A DNA stretch of 64,000 nt. Origin: an uncultured Sphaerochaeta sp. GTDB lineage: Bacteria; Spirochaetota; Spirochaetia; Sphaerochaetales; Sphaerochaetaceae. Below are positions 54,003 to 63,684 of this stretch, in pieces (the first letter of the stretch is position 1; the number at the start of each line of letters is the position of its first letter). The position numbers and the translations under genes are program-made. Where the stretch lies: assembly GCF_963677315.2 (NCBI RefSeq), contig NZ_CAXXMJ010000002.1, positions 516,006-580,005 of the forward strand, written 5' to 3'. Under the pieces are notes generated by a model that worked only from the letters and a program-made list of their open reading frames with translations, ran no database searches and had not been told where the DNA came from.

Positions 54003-56659
54003 AGTGTTGCGTACCTCCTCCGGCACAAGGATCGGTAGGGACAAGGTCCACAATGTTTCTTTGATGGCGTTGCCATCAGATGCCCACCCTGCACGGCCTC
54101 AAGCAGACTCTCCAGGCGCTGCTGCAGTTGCTCTTCACAAAGTAATGCAGATGGATCATCCTCCTGGGACCAGAGCGTGTAGTACTTCTCATCCTTGACG
54201 CTGTAGTAGGAAGCGTTGGATACGGAGACATCACGGTCATGGGTCAACAATAATCGGTAGACGGGTAGCTGAAATGACTCAAGATGCCCCGAAACACGTT
54301 TTACCTCCGGAACCCCTTTTTTATAGTCGATGACAGCAAGTTTGGTATCTTCTGGGGGGTTAAGGCTGATTACACGGTCGATTCGGCCGTGTATGAGAAG
54401 GGGAAATTGCTCTACCTCGTAGGACGCCTCGAATGCAATGGATCTTCCATGGGCAAACAGTGCCGATTCCCCATCAAGAATGGAAGCCATCTTCTCCTTA
54501 TAGCTGGCAATGATCCAGCTCCTCATTGATGGGGAAGGCCCACGCTGCCCATAGTAAGAGACCAGACACTCGTCAAACAGTGCATACAGGCGCTCCTGAT
54601 ACATCTCCCGTTCCTGAGTATCATAGTCACGAATCTCAGAAAAGAACTGTTGGTACACGGAGTGCAGAAGCATCCCAATCCTTTGGTGGTCCACCGGTTG
54701 GACTTCATATTCCTCTGTTTTAAGTCCATAGAGATACCTTGCAAGCCATGCATACGGACAGTGGTCAAACTGGTCTATGCCAGTTGGGGAGAACTGGAAT
54801 CTTCCCTTATCATCCTTGAGCCTTGCAATAAGGTCTGGCTTGATGGGATGGCGTGCATAGTCATCAGCACGTTCAGCAAGTACGGTCTTCTTGGCCGCCA
54901 GAAACCAATCCCTCTGGCTTGCTGTTGCCTTCACATCAGGAAGAGCTGCATGCTTGTAGAGAAACAGTTCTGCAGCCAATGGATCGGTAATGGCCTCCAG
55001 ATCAGGTTCATACAGAGAGAGGCGCCCGTGCTGCAGGAAATAGGCAGGAACCATCATCTCCCCTTCATAACGACGCATATGGCAGGAGAGGAAACGCTGT
55101 CCATCAGCGAGGGTTGCACAGCGAAAATGAGCTTCGGTGGTATCGACCTCCTTGCGTAGTGCCTTCTCAATCTGTTGGGGCAGGAATTCCAAGGGGCGCT
55201 CAACACACCGGGCCCCTTCCTGGTCAAGCGCAAGGATAAAGAGATAATCAGCATTCAAAACTGATACCTGTGGCCATCGATAAACGGCAATACCCTCACT
55301 CTTCTGCTGAAATACATATCGCTTGTTCTGTAGGTGAGCAAGTAAAAAGGAAAAGATCCTGGGGTACGAGGTGATTCCGGTTTTCTCCATCGCATCCCCT
55401 ACCTGAGCCATGGCATCAAGACAGAACGCATAGACATCTTCCCCTGGGGTGTCGACCCACTGGGTTGGAATGAAGTAGGTATCCTGGAAGTGATTGATTT
55501 TCCGTCGTAAGTCCTCAATATCCTCAGCCTGGACAATTGCAATGATGCTCTGCTTCAATCCTTCATACCACCTCTGCAAATCCCTGTCTCCCAGCAAGGA
55601 ACTGTACTGGTCCTCTCCATACAGGGAGCCATGCATGATTGACTGCCTGACTGAACGCTTGATGAAAACACGATGTTTTTCCCCCTCAGCCCAGGGAATA
55701 CCAGGGTCGAGCAAGAGTGATTTCAAGCTTTCCAGACTGAATTGTTCGTCATATACCTCTTGGATCAGGCTGAGAAACCGCCCACTGCTGTAGGCGAGTA
55801 CCGATTTCCCTTCCCTTACCGTCAAGGGAATACCATAAAGCATTGCCTCCTCGCGGAGTACATCCATGAGGGTGTCGGTTGCAGTACTGCCGATTACAAT
55901 CTGGTGTGTCTCCACCCCTGCATCCAAGAGATCCCTCACCCTTTTGAGCGTTTGCTTGATCTCTACGAGGTGGTTGGGAAACACTTCCAAACTCACTGAA
56001 GGATCCTCTTCAGGAGCTTTCCTTAGTTCCATGAAGGCTGGCCTTCCCAGCTGTTCGTACAAGCTCTCCGCGTCTGGATTGGTATCTGAGAAAAGAATGC
56101 AATACGACTTTCCAGTGTCCCAGTCATCGGGTATGCTTGGCTTCTCGTACCTGGGTTCGAACAGTTGATGCTCATCCAGGAACTGCTGGTACTGCCCATA
56201 GAGCACCAATAGGTCCGTCTGCATGGCAGAGTCGAGGTTGCTGAGCACCTCCCCCTGGCAGGCTTCCAGGAGGGATGGCAATAACTTGGCAAGATATCCT
56301 TTCACCCGGTTGTTCATCTCCGGATATGTTGGATTGAGAAAATAGCGAAGCAAACTCCCCGACTCGAGTAGCTGATGGATAAAGAGCTGACGGGTAAGAC
56401 TGTTTGCCGGGGCCATGGTTTCATGATGAGGCAGGAAATAGCCTCGAAAGGTATCATAGGAGATGGCTCTCTCCGCCAGGATTGCATGATGTTTCCCATG
56501 GAGCGCATAGTCTACCAGGTATGATCGAGCTGCAACCTCGGTGGGGAATACACAAATCAATCCCTGGTCAAAAGCCTCGTGCACATAGGAACGTTTCGTT
56601 TGTGATAGACTCATACGTTGCAGTATATCATGTTTGTGTGTACGATGAGCGTACGTCAT
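53999..56659 (-). CDS. addB: AddB/RexB-type PD-(D/E)xK nuclease subunit with C-terminal Fe-S cysteines
   Basis: C-terminal nuclease GRIDRV...VIDYKKG. Four Cys in CPYAWLARY and CGPCPYRSLC, the AddB-type iron staple pattern. The N-terminal ATPase motifs are degenerate. Start is uncertain between 56659 and 56614. Confidence 0.75.
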   Translation of the reverse strand: MTYAHRTHKHDILQRMSLSQTKRSYVHEAFDQGLICVFPTEVAARSYLVDYALHGKHHAILAERAISYDTFRGYFLPHHETMAPANSLTRQLFIHQLLESGSLLRYFLNPTYPEMNNRVKGYLAKLLPSLLEACQGEVLSNLDSAMQTDLLVLYGQYQQFLDEHQLFEPRYEKPSIPDDWDTGKSYCILFSDTNPDAESLYEQLGRPAFMELRKAPEEDPSVSLEVFPNHLVEIKQTLKRVRDLLDAGVETHQIVIGSTATDTLMDVLREEAMLYGIPLTVREGKSVLAYSSGRFLSLIQEVYDEQFSLESLKSLLLDPGIPWAEGEKHRVFIKRSVRQSIMHGSLYGEDQYSSLLGDRDLQRWYEGLKQSIIAIVQAEDIEDLRRKINHFQDTYFIPTQWVDTPGEDVYAFCLDAMAQVGDAMEKTGITSYPRIFSFLLAHLQNKRYVFQQKSEGIAVYRWPQVSVLNADYLFILALDQEGARCVERPLEFLPQQIEKALRKEVDTTEAHFRCATLADGQRFLSCHMRRYEGEMMVPAYFLQHGRLSLYEPDLEAITDPLAAELFLYKHAALPDVKATASQRDWFLAAKKTVLAERADDYARHPIKPDLIARLKDDKGRFQFSPTGIDQFDHCPYAWLARYLYGLKTEEYEVQPVDHQRIGMLLHSVYQQFFSEIRDYDTQEREMYQERLYALFDECLVSYYGQRGPSPSMRSWIIASYKEKMASILDGESALFAHGRSIAFEASYEVEQFPLLIHGRIDRVISLNPPEDTKLAVIDYKKGVPEVKRVSGHLESFQLPVYRLLLTHDRDVSVSNASYYSVKDEKYYTLWSQEDDPSALLCEEQLQQRLESLLEAVQGGHLMATPSKKHCGPCPYRSLCRRRYATL

Positions 56660-57533
56660 GGAAAAACCAAGAAGAAACTTGATGCAGAAGGATACAAAAA
56701 AAGAAAGTTCGCCCTTCAGCTTGGCACTGGCGATGGTTCTCAGCTTGCTCTTCTGGCTGATACTGGGCCCTTACTTTGTAACTATGCTTGGGCATTTCAA
56801 CATCCCCTACCTAAGGGCAAATGCACCCTTCCTTGCCATGTCTTTGGGGATAGTAGCCTCATGGAAGCTGTTGCTTACCTCGAGTCCACGATCGTTGATC
56901 ACCGACCACAGTACATTTCGTCTCATCCTCTTTCTCAAGAGTATGGGGGCATATCTTCTGGTGGCAATGCTTTTTTTACTCCTTGGACTCATGGTTGAAC
57001 CAGAGGCATACAGTACCAGTGACGCTTCCATTCTGGAACATCTGATGTTGCTTCCCCTGGTCCTGGTCCTTACCCCCATCCAGACCAGCAGTGAGGAAGT
57101 AGTATTCAGGGTATTTCCCATTCGGGTTGTACAAGGGGGAAGGCTGAAAAGAGGGGCAGTGAAAAATGTCCTTGCCTGTGTACTCTCTGCAATCCTGTTC
57201 ACGGCTCCCCATCTCTCAAACAGGGAACTAGGAAGTGCAGAGAACCCAACGCTCGTCTTGGTGTTCTACGCACTCTTCGGTGGCTTGGTTACTGCGCTGA
57301 GCATTGCCACTGGAGGATTTGAACCAGCTCTGGCAGTCCATGCAGCCAATAACCTCTTTGTTGCCCTTATCTGCAACTACCAGGGATCCTCCCTTCCCAG
57401 CCTTCCGCTTCTGACCACCACAAAGGCAATCGGTACTCCCTTGGATCTCCTGCAACTCATCATTGGGCTTTTAACGGTATTCCTCGTGGTCAGAAAGGAT
57501 ATCATGGCTCAACACCACGCTCCAAAATGGTAA
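56658..57533 (+). CDS. CPBP-family intramembrane glutamic endopeptidase (CAAX protease/Abi-like)
   Basis: Motif 1 SSEEVVFRVF, motif 2 FTAPHL, motif 3 AVHAANN. Multi-TM. The start is uncertain; ATG 56682 is an alternative. Confidence 0.75.
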   Translation: MEKPRRNLMQKDTKKESSPFSLALAMVLSLLFWLILGPYFVTMLGHFNIPYLRANAPFLAMSLGIVASWKLLLTSSPRSLITDHSTFRLILFLKSMGAYLLVAMLFLLLGLMVEPEAYSTSDASILEHLMLLPLVLVLTPIQTSSEEVVFRVFPIRVVQGGRLKRGAVKNVLACVLSAILFTAPHLSNRELGSAENPTLVLVFYALFGGLVTALSIATGGFEPALAVHAANNLFVALICNYQGSSLPSLPLLTTTKAIGTPLDLLQLIIGLLTVFLVVRKDIMAQHHAPKW

Positions 57534-58527
57534 AGGTTTTCTTTGTGCAATCAAAACGTGCTTGAGCTCCATAGGGCAAGAGACACATCGGTTCGTTGTG
57601 TCCAAAAGGAAGGTTTGTAGCCACCACCAGCGACGACAAGCCTAGGTCTCGAAGAATTTCCAATAGGATAATTTCATAGGCATGCTCGTGAAGCCCTTGG
57701 TAAGGTTTACCGACTAGAATGCCCCGAACCTGTGAGAATACCCCTGTCGCTGCCAATTGCAATAAGTACTCTCTGTATTGAGGTGGTTCTGAGGCTTCCT
57801 CTGAACTCTCCAAGAAAAGCAAGGAACCTGAAAAGTCAGGCCAGAGAGGTGTATTGATGCATTGTAGCAATACTTCAATACAACCTCCAAGCAAAGAGCC
57901 TTCAGCCACTCCGTCACCCTGAAGCACACGGTATCCTTCATGAGGAAAAAGGTGTTTCATGGTATCTCTGTTCTCTTCAGTCCAAGGAACATACTCACTC
58001 GTCCAGCAGGCAGGTTTTTCAACCTCCAGCGGGGCGTGGGAAGTAAAGAGTGATTTGTGGACCCACTTGGAAGTATAGGGATAGATTTCCCTGTTTTCAG
58101 CAAACTCGGCCAGGATGGATGGCCCATAGAACGAAGAGAATCCTGCTTTGTAACAAACCAAGTGGGTAACGGTTGAGTCCGAGTACCCAAGAAATACCTT
58201 TGGGTTCTGAGCGATGACATCCAGATCCAGATACGGCAGCAGTCTGATACTGTCATTACCTCCAATACACGTAAAAATACCATTGATGGAGGGGGATAAA
58301 AACGCATCCATTAGGTCCTGTGCTCGGAGCTCTGGATGATCAGCAATGAAGGAGCTTCCGCTGAGCGTATGTGGCATCTCAATCACCTTGAGCCCAAATA
58401 CATCCTGAAGCCTCTGCTTTCCAACCTCATACCGCCAGATAAGCTCAGGATCCCCTGCTCCACCCCAACTCAGACTCACCGTTGCAACGGTATCGCCCCT
58501 TTTCAGCATCTTTGGTTTTCTGATCAT
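57502..58527 (-). CDS. S66-family serine peptidase (LD-carboxypeptidase / MccF-like)
   Basis: N-terminal LKRGDTVATVSLSWGG and GGNDSIRLLPYLD patterns. The ~340-aa length matches MccF-type rather than ~300-aa LdcA-type proteins. Start at ATG 58527 with AGAGGA upstream. Confidence 0.7.
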   Translation of the reverse strand: MIRKPKMLKRGDTVATVSLSWGGAGDPELIWRYEVGKQRLQDVFGLKVIEMPHTLSGSSFIADHPELRAQDLMDAFLSPSINGIFTCIGGNDSIRLLPYLDLDVIAQNPKVFLGYSDSTVTHLVCYKAGFSSFYGPSILAEFAENREIYPYTSKWVHKSLFTSHAPLEVEKPACWTSEYVPWTEENRDTMKHLFPHEGYRVLQGDGVAEGSLLGGCIEVLLQCINTPLWPDFSGSLLFLESSEEASEPPQYREYLLQLAATGVFSQVRGILVGKPYQGLHEHAYEIILLEILRDLGLSSLVVATNLPFGHNEPMCLLPYGAQARFDCTKKTFTILERGVEP

Positions 58528-58551
58528 TATCCCATCCTCTTGCATGCAGAA

Positions 58552-58576
58552 CGGGCCATCGCATTGCGATGGCCCG
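58552..58576 (-). terminator. Strong hairpin downstream of eno (terminator-like, weak U tract)
   Basis: CGGGCCATCGC att GCGATGGCCCG: an 11-bp perfect stem. On the minus strand it is followed by TTCTGCATGC. Confidence 0.5.
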
Positions 58577-58601
58577 AAATAGTACTACGTAACAACGTGT
58601 C

Positions 58602-59933
<1,332 letters not shown>

Positions 59934-59958
59934 CTAATATTCGTATCTTTTACCGCTA

Positions 59959-60978
59959 ATGTCAAGGCGAACGCACTTGTCGCCCCCCTTCTTAGCGGGC
60001 TATCATAGACCTATGGATAATGAACATGTATCATATCGTTTGCCTGTTTTAAGTAGGGATCTTCTCGATTCCATCATCTTTGCGATGGAGGATCAAGCAA
60101 ACTTTTACTTCCTTGACCTCAAGGATGAGTTCCTCGTGAGAGAGGATGAGATACAGTATCTCGATGATATTGATGAAAAAGAGCGCGAGAACCGGTTCAT
60201 TCCCATACCTGACTGGGAACCATCGGATGGTTTCCATCTCATGGAAATGTTTGCAAACAGGGTAAGGAATCCCCTCTACCGATCCCGTCTTCTTGCTGCC
60301 CTACAGAGCGGGAGGGGGGTATTCAGAAAATTCAAGGACACGCTCTCTGAGACACCAATACTGGAGCGGAAATGGTTCAGTTTCCGTGATGAACAACTTA
60401 AGCGTGTGGTTGTCTCCTGGTACAGGGAACAGGAGAGCCTTAATCAACTGCTGGAGTTGAGCGATGAAGAGACAGAACTCACTGAAGACATCCTGTTGGA
60501 GGACTTCACCTTTGAAACCCTTGAAGGACCGGTAACCGAAGAGATCATGAATATGGTCCAATCATTGGTAACTGAACTTGAGGCAGGCAGTGAAGAAGAC
60601 CGCATTGCAAGCGTAGTTTTGATGCGTCACCTGGAACTCGACGAACTCGATCATTTCTACTTGGCCAAAGCACAGGATGGCAGTCTGGCAGCCTTCCTCT
60701 CCTACACCATGCTTGCCGACTATCTCGTGGAAGTCCCTCTCTTTGGAGTCAAGACTGAATACCGTGGTCTTGGCCTTTTCCGTCTCCTTTTCGACTCATT
60801 CAGCCGTCAGATGGCTCGATTCCACTACCAGAAGGTTGTGATCACCTTGGCCGCTGGGTTCCTGGGAATGGAGAAACTCTTTGCCCCCTACGGTGCAAAG
60901 GAAGTTACCAAGCAGCTCATTATTGATACAAGGAGTTGGAATACAACCCATCCAAGTTCAGAAGAAGCCTTTCTCTAG
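59959..60978 (+). CDS. UPF0158-like N-terminal domain fused to a GNAT-type acetyltransferase-like C-terminal domain
   Basis: The N-terminal half (FIPIPDWEPSDGFHLMEMF...RGVFRKFKDTL) resembles UPF0158 proteins. The C-terminal half has a GNAT-like motif A (VKTEYRGLGLFRLLFDSF). The start is uncertain (ATG 59959 or 60013, no SD). Confidence 0.5.
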   Translation: MSRRTHLSPPFLAGYHRPMDNEHVSYRLPVLSRDLLDSIIFAMEDQANFYFLDLKDEFLVREDEIQYLDDIDEKERENRFIPIPDWEPSDGFHLMEMFANRVRNPLYRSRLLAALQSGRGVFRKFKDTLSETPILERKWFSFRDEQLKRVVVSWYREQESLNQLLELSDEETELTEDILLEDFTFETLEGPVTEEIMNMVQSLVTELEAGSEEDRIASVVLMRHLELDELDHFYLAKAQDGSLAAFLSYTMLADYLVEVPLFGVKTEYRGLGLFRLLFDSFSRQMARFHYQKVVITLAAGFLGMEKLFAPYGAKEVTKQLIIDTRSWNTTHPSSEEAFL

Positions 60979-61036
60979 GCCTCTGTACCCACTACCGCAC
61001 TTTTGTTAGACTGGGAGGGAAGGAGTACAATAATAG

Positions 61037-61783
61037 ATGCGTGTAACCATTTGCGAAGACAAACATGACATGGGCTACCAGGCAGCAAAGCTAGGCATTA
61101 CCATCATTCAGGATGCAATCGAGAAGAAAGGCCATGCTGTCATATCCGTCGCAACTGGTTTAAGTCAATTCTCCCTCTACGAACATCTTGCAAAAGCAGA
61201 CATTGACTGGAGCAAGGTGGAGGCCTTCGGCTTGGCTGAATATGTAGACCTTCCTGACACCCACCCTTCCAGTTTCCGCTATTACCTGAACAATCGGTTT
61301 GTCCAGAAAGTGACCCACCTTGGTGCATTTCACCAGATTAACGGAGATGCGGAGAACCTGGAAGAAGAGGTCAAGAGATTGAACGCTCTCATCAAAAAGA
61401 AAAAAGTGGATGTCTCCTTCCTTGGTATTGGTGAGAACGGACACATCGGGTTCAACGACCCCCCTGCAAATTTTGAAACCGACGACCCATACATTGTCGT
61501 GGAGCTTGAGGATCGATGCAGGAGGCAACAGGTAAGCGAGGGGTGGTTCCCAAAGATTGATGAGGTTCCCTCAAAAGCCATCACCATGTCTGTAAGGCAG
61601 ATCCTGAAAGCTAAACACCTTATCTGTTCCGTCCCGGACCAAAGAAAAGCCCGTGCGGTTGCCATGTGTCTCTATGATCAGATAGGGGTATATTCCCCTT
61701 GTGCTGCACTCAGGACAAAGAAAGAGTGTACCCTGCTCCTGGACCGAACCGCTTCCATGTTGGTAATGGGCGACCGAAGATAG
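61037..61783 (+). CDS. Glucosamine-6-phosphate deaminase / 6-phosphogluconolactonase family protein (NagB-like)
   Basis: VATGLSQ and FLGIGENGHIGFNDPPA motifs. 248 aa. GGAGGGAAGGAG SD. Confidence 0.75.
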   Translation: MRVTICEDKHDMGYQAAKLGITIIQDAIEKKGHAVISVATGLSQFSLYEHLAKADIDWSKVEAFGLAEYVDLPDTHPSSFRYYLNNRFVQKVTHLGAFHQINGDAENLEEEVKRLNALIKKKKVDVSFLGIGENGHIGFNDPPANFETDDPYIVVELEDRCRRQQVSEGWFPKIDEVPSKAITMSVRQILKAKHLICSVPDQRKARAVAMCLYDQIGVYSPCAALRTKKECTLLLDRTASMLVMGDRR

Positions 61784-61827
61784 TTTCACATGAATATCGA
61801 GAAAGGAAGAGTACAGGGGTATTGCCT

Positions 61828-61839
61828 CTAATATATTAG
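61828..61839. promoter_or_regulatory. Perfect 12-bp palindrome CTAATATATTAG upstream of uxuA (operator candidate)
   Basis: It is followed by two ATTAGTAT direct repeats (61836-61843 and 61851-61858), 42-53 nt upstream of the uxuA ATG. Confidence 0.4.
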
Positions 61840-61880
61840 TATGTTAGACTATTAGTATAACATATATGGAGGCACCACTC

Positions 61881-62957
61881 ATGATGCATATGTCACTTCG
61901 CTGGTTCGGCTCAAAGCACGATACCGTTACCCTACAACAGATCCGTCAGATTCCAGGCGTTGAAGGGGTTATCACCACCCTCTACGATATTCCCGCTGGA
62001 CAAGTATGGCCGATCGAAAGAATCCAGGAGCTCAAGAAAGAGGTAGAAGCCGATGATTTGAAAGTACTCGGCATTGAGAGCGTCAATATTCATGACGCCA
62101 TCAAGATTGGTGGAGAGGACCGCGACAAGTACATCGCAAACTACATCCAGACCCTTGAGAACCTCGGCAAGGAAGGAATTACCACTGTCTGTTACAACTT
62201 CATGCCGGTCTTCGACTGGACCAGGACTGAACTTGCCAAGATGAGAAGTGACGGAAGCACCGTATTGGCATATGACCAGAAAGTGGTGGATGGGATCGAC
62301 CCACAGTCTTTCCTCGACCAGACGAACAACAGCTCCCAGGGCTTTGAAATGCCAGGTTGGGAACCAGAACGCCTTGCCAAGATCAAGGAACTGATGGAAG
62401 CGTACAAGGATGTCTCTGATGATAAACTCTTCGAGAACCTTGTCTACTTCCTTAAAGCAATCCAGCCAACCTGTGAAACGTACGGCATCAAGATGGCTAT
62501 CCATCCGGATGATCCAGCCTGGCCTGTGTTTGGGCTGCCAAGGATCATTACCAGCAAGGAGAAAATCCTGAAAGTCATGAAGGCTGTTGATGCACCATTC
62601 AATGGACTCACCTTCTGTGCAGGATCTTTTGGAACCAATCCAAAGAACGACCTTCCCGGTATTATCCGCTCACTGCCCGGAAGAATCCATTTTGCCCATA
62701 TCAGGAACCTGCATCATTTTGGAGAGGGAGTGTTTGAGGAAGCTGCCCACCTATCCAGCGATGGTTCCTTTGATCTCTATGAGATTGTAAAGGCACTTTA
62801 TGACATCGGCTTCGAAGGGCCAGCTCGACCAGACCATGGAAGAATGATCTGGGGAGAAGTGGCAATGCCCGGCTATGGATTGTATGACCGTGCACTCGGT
62901 GCATCCTACATTCTCGGGCTTTACGAGGCTATTCAGAAAAGTGACCAGAGGAAATAG
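61881..62957 (+). CDS. uxuA: Mannonate dehydratase
   Basis: N-terminal MSLRWFGSKHDTVTLQQIRQIPGVEGVIT parallels E. coli UxuA [23 protein letters not shown] (from memory). Start at ATG 61881 with GGAGG 8 nt upstream. Confidence 0.85.
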   Translation: MMHMSLRWFGSKHDTVTLQQIRQIPGVEGVITTLYDIPAGQVWPIERIQELKKEVEADDLKVLGIESVNIHDAIKIGGEDRDKYIANYIQTLENLGKEGITTVCYNFMPVFDWTRTELAKMRSDGSTVLAYDQKVVDGIDPQSFLDQTNNSSQGFEMPGWEPERLAKIKELMEAYKDVSDDKLFENLVYFLKAIQPTCETYGIKMAIHPDDPAWPVFGLPRIITSKEKILKVMKAVDAPFNGLTFCAGSFGTNPKNDLPGIIRSLPGRIHFAHIRNLHHFGEGVFEEAAHLSSDGSFDLYEIVKALYDIGFEGPARPDHGRMIWGEVAMPGYGLYDRALGASYILGLYEAIQKSDQRK

Positions 62958-62958
62958 T

Positions 62959-63684
62959 ATGGCACAAATAGTCCGTGTTACTGCATCTGAGGAAATCTAT
63001 CAGACCCTTCGGGACGAAATTCTCTCCCTGCGCTTCAAGCCGGGAGAGGAGTTGAACCTGCAACAGCTCTCCGTGCAGTTGCAGGTCAGTCGCTCTCCTG
63101 TCAGGGATGCACTCATGAGATTGAGCTCTGACAACCTGGTTGATATCTTTCCACAAAAAGGAACCCGAGTCTCCCTCATCAATCTAAAGCAGGTTGAAGA
63201 GGAACGTTTTTTGCGCAAAAGCCTTGAAGACCATGCAGTCAAGAAATTCATCTACGTGGCACGTGATGATCATTTCAAGGCTATGGAAGCTGCAATTGAA
63301 GAACAGGCAGCGCATGCAATAGGTGATGATTTCATCAAATTCCTTGAAGCTGACAACACCTTCCATGCAATCATCTTCCATGCCATTGGTATGCAACGCA
63401 TCTGGAACATCATCCTCGCCCAAGGCGGAAACCACCATAGGATTCGTCTTCTCTCCTTTTATCAGAAAAATGTCCTTGCAGATATTATTGAGCAACACCG
63501 TCTGATGCTGAATGCACTCAAGCACAAACAACTTGATGCCATCCTCAACCTTGAGGATAAACACCTTTCAAAACTATTACAGGAAACTGAATTGATGGTT
63601 GGTCGATACCCTGAGTACTTCAAACAGGAGAGGACGTACGCTCCACTTCAGTTCCAACACCAACAAGCCTGGAGGCCTTCATGA
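62959..63684 (+). CDS. GntR-family regulator (FadR/FCD subfamily)
   Basis: wHTH LNLQQLSVQLQVSRSPVRDALMRL plus a helical FCD-like C-domain. ATG 62959 lies 1 nt after the uxuA stop, with AGAGGAAA upstream. Confidence 0.8.
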   Translation: MAQIVRVTASEEIYQTLRDEILSLRFKPGEELNLQQLSVQLQVSRSPVRDALMRLSSDNLVDIFPQKGTRVSLINLKQVEEERFLRKSLEDHAVKKFIYVARDDHFKAMEAAIEEQAAHAIGDDFIKFLEADNTFHAIIFHAIGMQRIWNIILAQGGNHHRIRLLSFYQKNVLADIIEQHRLMLNALKHKQLDAILNLEDKHLSKLLQETELMVGRYPEYFKQERTYAPLQFQHQQAWRPS

